NCBI GenBank assembly: GCA_029953675.1
Contig: JAMWBK010000006.1
Span: forward strand, 2,046,001 to 2,110,000
Source: Rhodosorus marinus CCMP1338
Lineage: Eukaryota > Plantae > Rhodophyta
DNA length: 64,000 bases
Direction: 5' to 3'
Shown: piece after piece, positions 55,603-64,000 of the stretch
Position numbering within the stretch: the stretch's first letter is position 1
How the letters are laid out: each line of letters starts with the position of its first letter
The notes under the pieces: model-generated
Databases searched by the model: none
Told to the model about the DNA's origin: nothing
Seen by the model: the letters and a program-made list of their open reading frames with translations, nothing else
Made by a program: the position numbers and the translations under genes

Positions 55603-57336
55603 TCAGCACCCCCCCTCCTCCAGTAGACGCGCCCGACTGGCAATAGCAGTCTCTACCACTTCTCCATCATCATCCTCCACAAGTCTGCTCAGAATGACCA
55701 GACTCTGGCTGTCCGCTAGAAATCCCAGAGCAGCAGCGGTTCGAAGTCGAACCTTGACCTCACTGCTTCTGCTCATCATGTCCAAAAGTGGTATTGCTTC
55801 CGCGTTGCCGACAAAACCCAACGAAGTGATGGCGTGGCACTGTACAGCAAGTGCGTCTGGTGGCCTCAGTCCCTCCGCAAACGGTACCCCGTCTTTTAAA
55901 CAAAGCGATGCCGCGAGCACGTCATAAGCTCGCTTGTCGTTCACCGCGTAAGAACCAAGAGCGATCGCTGCGGATACCCTGACAATCCAGTGCGTGTCGT
56001 TCTGAAAAGCAACGATAGTCGCCAGAACACTGGCCTCCATCTCCCCACATTCAACCAAGGCCGAGCACGCGGAAGAACGTACGTTCTGATCGGGATCTCC
56101 CAGCAGTACTGAAGCCAAAACGGTTGGATTATGTGACACGAGGTTGAGCACCGACGCACGTACCCTTTGAGAGGGATCATTCAGCGCCCCAGCTTGGTTA
56201 ACAGCCTCCTCCTTAAGCCCCCTGGGAAAACTTCTCAACCGAATGGCCGCAATAGCTCTTTCGTCCTCAATCGTACCGTCCTTGAGATGTTCACAGAGCG
56301 CTTTGTACGCTGCTTGACGAGCGGGGCTCATTCGCTGAAATTCGGCCTCGGCTTCCTTGTGGATAAGTGGCAATGTCCTGTCCGCTCTAGATGGCGGATG
56401 AGCCTGCTCAAAGCTTCGCTCAAGCAGTTCCCGAATCGTATAATTCATTGACGGAGTTTCATTGTTCGTTCCGTTTTGGGCTTCATCAGGGTCCTGCACA
56501 ACTTCGGCGGATTGCAGGGCCTCCTCCGCAGCGAAGCAGGTAAGCGGATTCTCACTGTTTGCCATTTCCCTCAAAACCGTCACCACCTTCGGATAGCTGG
56601 TAAAACTCCCTAGCGCCTGCGCCAGGCTTTGCTCCACAACGACATCGACCTTGCCCACGAGGTGCAGAAGATGCGGGATTGCGGAAGGATCTCGGAGCTC
56701 TCCTATAGAGTTGATGGAGCGCTGAACAAGCATGCTAATATTCGAACCCAAAGCGTCAATCAACAAAGGGAGTGCCTTGGTATCTCCCAGGTTCCCTAGT
56801 GCTGCCAAGACCGCGTATTGTACTGCCCATTCTGTTTCTTCGTAAAAAGCTCGTCGGAGAGCCTCAAAAGACCCTTCATGTTTAAGCTCCCCGAGCCCCG
56901 TTGCAGCAGCGGAGCGAATCCCAAGGTCGTACTCATTAGACGATAGCCTGTCGCAAAGTATTTTCACGCACTTGTCCGTGGACTCGGGATTCTTCCTCGC
57001 AAACTGCGCTAGCATAACAGTTGCGGTCGCTTCCACAATTTCGTTCTCGCTCTTGTCCATGATAAGCATGAGGAGTTCCAGTTCCTTCGTGGGACTTATA
57101 CTCCTCGTAAGCGTCAGCGCCTTCCGCTCAGACTCAGCTGTCCCCATCTCCATAAGCCCCATGGCCTCTTCAATGATTTCCTCCTCACTCTTTTGATCCT
57201 CACCCGTTGCCTCCTCCATACGAACACTGTGCACCATTCGACCTCTAGGTCCACAACGGTGACTTCTTCTTCTACAAACCTCCCCTGCCTCCCCTCGCCT
57301 CGAAACAAAACTAGTACCAAGTCCTATGAACGCCAT
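55603..57336 (-). CDS. Intronless plastid-targeted PBS-lyase HEAT-repeat protein made of two tandem NblB-like units
   Basis: MAFIG transit peptide. Unit 1 IRSAAATGLGEL...AFYEETEWAVQYAVLAALGNLGD; unit 2 VRSSACSALVEC...AFQNDTHWIVRVSAAIALGSY. E-Z-type HEAT repeats throughout. 577 aa in a single exon. Confidence 0.8.
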   Translation of the reverse strand: MAFIGLGTSFVSRRGEAGEVCRRRSHRCGPRGRMVHSVRMEEATGEDQKSEEEIIEEAMGLMEMGTAESERKALTLTRSISPTKELELLMLIMDKSENEIVEATATVMLAQFARKNPESTDKCVKILCDRLSSNEYDLGIRSAAATGLGELKHEGSFEALRRAFYEETEWAVQYAVLAALGNLGDTKALPLLIDALGSNISMLVQRSINSIGELRDPSAIPHLLHLVGKVDVVVEQSLAQALGSFTSYPKVVTVLREMANSENPLTCFAAEEALQSAEVVQDPDEAQNGTNNETPSMNYTIRELLERSFEQAHPPSRADRTLPLIHKEAEAEFQRMSPARQAAYKALCEHLKDGTIEDERAIAAIRLRSFPRGLKEEAVNQAGALNDPSQRVRASVLNLVSHNPTVLASVLLGDPDQNVRSSACSALVECGEMEASVLATIVAFQNDTHWIVRVSAAIALGSYAVNDKRAYDVLAASLCLKDGVPFAEGLRPPDALAVQCHAITSLGFVGNAEAIPLLDMMSRSSEVKVRLRTAAALGFLADSQSLVILSRLVEDDDGEVVETAIASRARLLEEGGC

Positions 57337-57455
57337 CTTGATTTATTTCTCGTCCTTACTATCTCTTCTCAGTCTTCACTTCCTCCTCCTACCAGCCTCT
57401 ACTGTCCTCCCCCCCCCCCGTACCCCATTCTTAACATCCATCCAGTCTCAGTTCC

Positions 57456-58181
57456 TTATAAAACCTCAATACTCCATTCATCACCACAAATCTCACCAGT
57501 AGTGAGAACCGATGCTTCTACCAGAGAGGAGAATGCCATTGATGGGGATGAACTATTTCTTGTCGGGTTTGGAATTGTTTGTTGCAAGAAAATTGGGGAA
57601 AATGTTCTGAGTTGATGGATTGACGTACAGATACATCGGGCCCAGTGCGCTGAGCTGGCTCTGGGTGTTGTTGCGTATGGGTTGCAGGGATGAGAAGTTG
57701 GGATTGATGGTTGCTGAGTGGGTTTGCCAATGAACGCCACGAATCTTTTGCTTGAAGAGAGCTTAAGTCCTTTACTGCTCTTGACCTCCTATACAGCTGA
57801 AGTGGATGGATGCGTTAGAACTTGGCCAGTACCATCCATCACCTTTTTACAAGCAGTCAGCATATCCGTCAGCTAAGGCATCAGTCCCCAACAAGACGAG
57901 TTTAGAACTTGAAAATGCTCACCCAGGCCAGAGTCCACGAGGCATCTCTAGAAAGCTCTCCACCCCGAAAACTCGGACCAGGCCAGAAGCCTTTGCTGCG
58001 ACCCAGAATCCGGCCACCTTCCCTTCCAATGAACCATCCAGGGGGCAAGCCACAAGATGAAAGCTGGTCTGGAAACCTTCAACTATGAGTATTGTGAATC
58101 CAGAGAACGACCGCCGAAGACAAATTTACTCAGCCGATTGAGAGCCGATGTCTGTAGACGCCCATCCCCTTCCATGCCCAT
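57456..58181 (-). other. Unresolved spliced locus upstream of the HEAT gene (orphan gene or long intron-containing 5' leader)
   Basis: ATG 58181, intron GTAAAT..CATAG, an open exon, then GTGAGC and CTAAC..CAG/TAG signals. Several frames are open and I could not choose one. Confidence 0.25.
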
Positions 58182-58581
58182 GTCCCACACTCCCTGTCCC
58201 TATCCCTGTCCCATCAATTCCGAACAGCAAACGAATGAGAGCAAAAAAAAACAATTTCCGAAAAAAGAAATCAAAACTAAATTTAAAAACAAAACAAAAA
58301 AGCCATATCGATCAATTTCGTTGAGAAAAAGACCAAACATCTTCTCGCACGTATAGAAAAATCAAAAAATTATATTCTAATTAATAATCTCCCTGTCAAT
58401 CTAAAACAGTTATTGATTTGTTTTCGTATTACTGTGGATGGGATGTGGACACAGAGTATAAGAAAAAAAAGTCTTCGGACGGCGTTTGAAGGGCTGAGAT
58501 TGTGCGTGAGCGCACGCACGCTATGGACCATGAAAATAAGAATAAAATGCAGGTATGATCAAAGAACCCCAAGTTTTTATT

Positions 58582-58766
58582 ACAATTTAAAAAATACGAA
58601 TCAAAATAATGAATATTTTGAGAGCAGGCTGAACAAATATTTTAAAACTTTATGAACTTGTAGTTTTGTTTGACAATTAAAAAAAGAAGAATCAAAATAA
58701 TGAACATTTTTGAGCAGAGGTTGAAAAAGTATTTTAAAAGTTTATGAGGTTGTAGACTTGGTTTTT
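58582..58766. repeat. Degenerate tandem duplication of about 91 bp in AT-rich divergent intergenic region
   Basis: ACAATTTAAAAAATACGAATCAAAATAATGAATATTTTG...TATTTTAAAACTTTATGAACTTGTAG (from 58582) versus ACAATTAAAAAAAGAAGAATCAAAATAATGAACATTTTTG...TATTTTAAAAGTTTATGAGGTTGTAG (from 58673). Confidence 0.8.
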
Positions 58767-59340
58767 CGTGTTTTTTTTTTTTTTCTGTGTTGTTTCCTTC
58801 GGAGGGACATAGTTTTTTAATTTTTTTTATCGTGGCCCAATAATTTGCGTTGCTAGACGTGCTTTTCGGGGAAAAGGAGGTAGGGAGGCGAATGTTTACT
58901 ACACGCTTTCGGTATTGTAATGAGTTGCCTATTCCTTGGACTCGGAAGTAGAAAATAAATAAAATATTTTTAGGGAGCGTTGTTTTTTAAGGATTATTTA
59001 GCGGATCGGCTCCATATGGCGCTTGGGCCATGTTTTTTTGTTTTTTTTAGGTGAACATTGGATCGAGTGTGAAAATGGGAAGTATCGGAAGGTGGTCTCG
59101 GACGGCGTTTGGTTTTGAAAGAGGGTGTGTGGTATGCTAGGCGTTTGGGGTGGGGGGTGAAAGTCTTCTTAGAGGTGAAGGTGAAGGGAGCTGGATGAGG
59201 TAAATTTCTCTGATGAGGAGAGGATTTGTTTAGTTCTCTAACGTTTCTGTTGGGTTGCGTGTTTGTTGGAACGTTTTTTTCGGTGGGGGTGGGGTCGGGG
59301 GCCGTTCGTGTGCTTTGCTTTTTTGCTTCGTCCGGGAGAG

Positions 59341-61540
59341 ATGACAGCGACAGATGTAATTATGCAGGCATTCAATGAGTTCGGGCGGGTTCTGGAGCTT
59401 GTTGGCTCAGTGCCAGCTGCTGCGGTGGTCCCAGCGTAAGTACCGTGTACGGCTGAGTTATGGTTTCTTGGTTAACCAACTGTGGCTGACCAGTTATGGT
59501 TTCTTACTCTGCGGTCTAAAATCAGCGGCCTAAAGACGATGGTAGCCGATCTGAGTGGTGTGGTCGGAATCTCAGCTGGCGAAATCAAAATGTTTCTGTG
59601 TCTGATGCTCGTGAGTTGGATTTTCTGAATTTGCTTCTCACAATCGGGATTCTGTGTATGATGCTCATTTCCGATGCCAACAACTCATACTCGTAGGCCT
59701 ATCCTCTTGGTGTTGTCTGGAGACACCTCCCAACCCCGACTGCAAAGTAAGTCCTCCTTGCTGAAACTGCTGGTTCGCGTTAATTAATCTGATTCACAAA
59801 GCTCGTTGCATGAAACAGGCACATGTTTTCGACCGTTGTAGGCCTTTATATGCTTATGTTCGTCTATGGTTTTCAATGGATTCATGTAGTCATCTGTGCC
59901 TCCATTGCATATTTGATAATGAAAGTCGGGGGACCGAACAGTCGCCATATCACAGCCGCAGTAGTACTGTTGTACCTGGCATGCATGCACATCTATCGTC
60001 AGATAATAGACTATCTTGGATGGACTATTGACGTCACGTTTGCTCTAATGGTCGTGACTCAAAAGCTGCATGGGCTTGCCTTCAATTACTACGGTAAATT
60101 GCTTTGCTTAACCTCACCCCTTGGCACTTTTTCGAAGGGTATCTGAAGTTGTCGTTCTTCCCGTGGTCAGATGGCAACTGCGAGAACCCTACCGATGATC
60201 AAAAGGCTCTGTCGACGGAAAAACTCCCTTCATTGTTGGAGTTCTTCTCCTTTTTGCTTTTCCCATCTGGAGTTATCATGGGGCCGTGTGTGGAGTTCAC
60301 TGATTACATGAAATTCGCGAATGGCGAAGTAGAGATCCCGGTATGAATTACGACCACAATTCGTTTTCTCCCGTCTGATTCGTTGCAGCTGATGAAAAGC
60401 ATTGCTGTCGCCCACAGTCTCCTTATCTGGCAGGTTTGAGGCGCGCTGGCATGGGAATCTTCTACTTTGGTTTGAGCCAGGTTATTTCCTCGTACTATCC
60501 GACGCAAGCTCTGCTATCCGATGAAAAGTTCCTCACTTCGGGAAATGTGTTGACGAGGTTTGGAATTCAACTGATCGCGCTTATCGGATATCGAACGAGA
60601 TACTATTTCGCGTGGAAGTTTTCTGAGGGTGCAATGATTCTCAGCGGCATTGGTGCGAACAGCTTACAAAGAACAGTCGACAGAGAGCATGCGCGGAACC
60701 TAACCCCTTTGGATAATCTCCGCTGACTAGGTTTCAACGGCATTGACAAGGACTCTGGCAAGTATAGGTGGGACAGAGTCGAAGCGATTGATGTTCGTGG
60801 TTTCGACTTTGGACAGTCCTTGAGGCAATCCGCTGCGGCATGGAACAAAACAACCAATCTCTGGCTCAAGAGATATACATATGAGAGGTGCAAACTAATC
60901 AATCCACGGGGAGAGGCCCTCCAAAGGGAATATTTCTTTCCGTCACTAATTAATCTGCTCTTAATCACTGTTGCTTGCAGGGTTCCGTCCCCGCTGAATT
61001 TGTACTTCGCGTACTTCGTGTCAGCCTTTTGGCACGGGTTTTACCCAGGCTATTACATGTTCTTCATGTCAATGGCCGTGGGTACAGCAGTTCACAGGAA
61101 GGTGAGATCCAACTGGAAATAATTTTGATACCCTGGTGATAGTGTTTTACTCATGACCCTGCCTGGCGTGCTTTGAAACAGATTCGCCGCAACGTCCGCC
61201 CTTGGTTCCTCGCCGAAGACGGAAAAAGCCCTGGCAAGTACAAGGGCGTGTACGACTTCTTTTCGTTTGTCTTAACTCATTGCACGTTGATGTACTTCAT
61301 CATCTCCTTCGTGATGCTCTCATGGGAGGCGTCTATTCGCGTTTACCAATCGCAATACTTCATTGGTAATGTCCCGCTTTCCCGCTCACTGTCTTGAGTG
61401 CAAGCGTTTTTTGACTGGTTTCTTTGATCCCGTTCATTGTTTTGATAGGACACATCCTGGCCGTTGTGTTGTACATTGTGCTTTCCTTGGGCATCATCCG
61501 ACCGCCGAAGGGAACAACGGTGGAGAAGAAGACCCAGTAA
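59341..61540 (+). CDS. LPCAT: MBOAT lysophospholipid acyltransferase (LPCAT/Ale1/MBOAT1-2 type), many exons
   Basis: FALMVVTQKLHGLAFNYYDG; PSLLEFFSFLLFPSGVIMGP; RYYFAWKFSEGA; WNKTTNLWLKRYTYER; VSAFWHGFYPGYY (catalytic His). Confidence 0.93.
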
Positions 61541-61923
61541 GAGCTATATCTTGTCGGTCCTTGTTTCAAGGGCCCCGAGTTTTTCTCCACATAATTCCTG
61601 TGGCGAGCTGCAACCGTGGAGCACAGTTCGTACGTTGATATATGACCGAACCCGTTGAGCTTTATAATATATATAAGACATAGTGACAGGAACCTGTCTA
61701 GTTTGCGGATTAAACGACCAAGTGTGTGAGACCTATCGGGTGCCCACCGGTGCGCGATGGAACGTGGTCGAGCTCAACTAACTCTAACAGGACACAGGCG
61801 CGAGATCAAGTACAGCATTCAGCAGGAAGCTGTGTCTGCCAACACGCATAGAGAACCACATAGCAAAGGTCGTGATTGGGATCAGTGTCAAGTCCAACTC
61901 TTCGCCTCCCCAATCTTCTAGGC

Positions 61924-62728
61924 TTAGGTTCCGTAGAGCTTCTCTTCGTTGCTCAAGATTATTGAGTCTGAAAGCCAGGCGTTTGAACTATTCTGTACCC
62001 GGTCGTGATCTTTTGCACCTCGAACTCTGTATAGTACTCTTCCAACGATGTTGTCCTCGTGGACTGGGCCGAATTGTCGACTGAAAGTGAAGCCACTTAC
62101 GAATTAGTTCCCATCTGAAACGCTCGCTAGACCAGAATCTGAAACGCTCGCTAGACCAGAATCTGAAATGCTTTCAATGCTTGGCTTCACATCGCACCTG
62201 TCTGGTTCCTTGCTTAGTTTATTGTCCCGTAGGACCCAGTATTCGTTATTCAAGGTGTAACTCTCCAGATCCGGGTCATCGGACACCATTTCGTCTCCGT
62301 GTACTGCCATAATCCTTCTTACGTATTTCCTATCTTCCTTTGTCGGATCTCTCACAACGACGACATCGCCCTTAAATACTCGAGTATTGGGCATTTTCAT
62401 TCTCCGAATAATTAGCTGAAGGAGGTGATCAGGGGAAAAAGCGAAATAGCAAAATCCAGCAACGCTTTCAGCATCAACGTGAAGTGACCGGAAGTCAACA
62501 CATGAGCACTATGTGTACCTTGTCCCCGCTCTCCCCATGTTTGATGCGGGGGTTGAGAGTAGGCGACATTGAATTCCCCTTCATGACACTTAAAAACGTG
62601 AGTGGTCTCTCCATATCCTCCTCGATCGTTTTCACCAGCGCCCAGAAGTTCTCGGGATTCGGCTTTTGGTAGGCGACGCTCCTAGCCGAGGCCATTACTC
62701 TCAATGCCCAGTATCCTAAAGAAGTCAT
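61924..62728 (-). CDS. Mitochondrial inner-membrane peptidase (S26/IMP)-like protein, 3 exons
   Basis: GNSMSPTLN, LLIRR, GDVVVVRDP, YVRRI, YWVLRDN, DSRQFGPV, IVGRVLY, DHDRVQNS. Stop 61924-61926. Confidence 0.8.
62113..62168. repeat. Perfect 24-bp tandem repeat (2.3 copies) inside an intron of the IMP-like gene
   Basis: ATCTGAAACGCTCGCTAGACCAGA twice, then ATCTGAAA. Confidence 0.9.
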
Positions 62729-62845
62729 GCCTCATCCAGAAACAAAAAGAAACATAAGCTCTCCAAAATCAACGCAAACGAATAAAATAGACAAACGAAA
62801 GAGCACTTCGTTTCCCCTCGAAGAGTTCTAAACCGTTTCGGTATT

Positions 62846-63617
62846 CTATCCACCAAGCCACCCTCCCCTCTCCAGAAGAATGTGGGACGTCCCATTGAGT
62901 GTCTCACACCAAGTGAACCGTTTCCAGCCTGGGAGCCTTGGATCCATTGGAGTAGGATCTCTACAGTGGCTTTGAGGTATCTAAAGACATCTTTGGAGCC
63001 ACGAAGAGTCGTACAAACGTTCAATCCCATCCCACATAGATGTGCGCGCAGGATCGCGATACTGGTTTACTCTGATAGCTAACCGCTGTAGAGTTTGACG
63101 AGGACCGCTCCTCCTTGAGCTCGCTCGAAGCACTGGAGCGACTCTTGAAGTTTTACGTGGGTTAATTGCTTATACTATGCTCCGTTTTCTGCCTGTATTT
63201 GAACATGATTGTGCCTCGACTGCCACTGAGGGCGAACCTGGCGTTAAACTGACAAATGCTCCGAGGTTGTTGAAGTAGCGATCTGACCACCATATCAGTA
63301 CAGTCATACAGGGCGAGCGGAATCTGTAAGGAACGGTCACAATGGACAACGCAAAAAAACCCTGACCTTCGAATAGGCGCACAATCCAGCCGGATCGCAA
63401 GATCGCTTCGGCCACGGATGCACAAGAGATGAACAATAAACGCAGCGGATTCGTGCACCGGAGAGTCGAATTATAGGTCTTTTATCTTTTTCATTGAAGA
63501 GCCTGTTGCACAGAGCCGCAAAGCCTCGCCAAGGAGGGAGCTGATCGCCTCGAAACCGAAGCGTTTCGTTTTTCGGAATAAGCACCGCCCATGAACAGCG
63601 GGTAACAGTACTGGCAT
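62846..63617 (-). other. Probable multi-exon gene of unknown function immediately upstream of the IMP-like gene
   Basis: Exon-like frames ...LCAYSK|IPLALYDCTDMVVRSLLQQPRSICQFNARFALSGSRGTIMFKY, RLAIRVNQYRDPARTSMWDGIERL and DPRLPGWKRFTWCETLNG are separated by GT..AG segments. Start not fixed. Confidence 0.3.
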
Positions 63618-64000
63618 CTTATGAGTACTATAGTTCAATTCAGAACCATCAACTACAACTATGACATCCCCGATCCTCTCTCAAGTCTGCAAACCCCAAC
63701 TCCACCCCAGCATGCACCAAACGCGCCTAACACTATTAACAAAAATTCCAAAATTCAATATTATCTCGTACACCGTTGGTCAAAGCTCTTTTGAATAAAT
63801 ATTATTTATTAACGTAACCTCCCAAATTGTATTTTTAGTTTTATTATAGGTAAATGTTTTTAGAAATAATTTATTCATATGCTCATTTGATTTAAATCGT
63901 GGTCAAAAATCAAAAAAAAATAAATGCGTTTCCGGTGTCAACGTTTAACATCCATTCTTGATGTTAGACACGGATCGGTTTTGGTATGTACAGAGCGGAT

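Noticed and set aside
57456-57740. ORF-track entry starting 'MAFIG', mirroring the HEAT gene start, with a further MAF about 200 nt downstream
   Set aside because: The first 'M' is GTG, only about 10 bp match, and the flanks do not align, so there is no evidence for a triplicated 5' end.

Overview
Eukaryotic nuclear DNA: compact and gene-dense, with many short GT-AG introns (most about 40-170 nt, CTAAT/CTGAC-type branch sites) and AT-rich intergenic promoters. Plastid transit peptides (MAF... on two genes), a phycobilisome-lyase-type HEAT protein and sulfolipid synthase point to a red alga; an intron-rich lineage such as Stylonematophyceae is my inference. Recognisable genes in order: RsmI-type rRNA methyltransferase (5'-truncated), Sen15-like tRNA-splicing endonuclease subunit (absent from the ORF track, rebuilt by splicing), DNA primase small subunit, RNF10-like RING E3 ligase, a cyanobacterial-type plastid membrane protein, TrmL-type methyltransferase, a mitochondrial-looking ARM-repeat protein, a Lys-rich small protein, ketol-acid reductoisomerase, aspartoacylase, a Med24/Med5-like Mediator subunit, BRR2, a FAN/NSMAF-like BEACH-WD40 protein, ATP-citrate lyase subunit A, SQD2, an ELO elongase, a tandem NblB-like HEAT protein, an MBOAT lysophospholipid acyltransferase and an IMP-like S26 peptidase homologue. 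Several spliced-looking orphan loci could not be resolved. One non-autonomous hAT-like element (22593-23930) is present. I saw no rRNA, tRNA, snRNA or CRISPR array. Best leads: the tandem NblB fusion, a 16-kb run of lipid genes, the hAT-like element and its possible host intron, an overlapping uORF on RNF10, and an in-frame GC-AG intron in BRR2. All family calls come from motifs recalled from memory, not database searches; exon models were built by eye.
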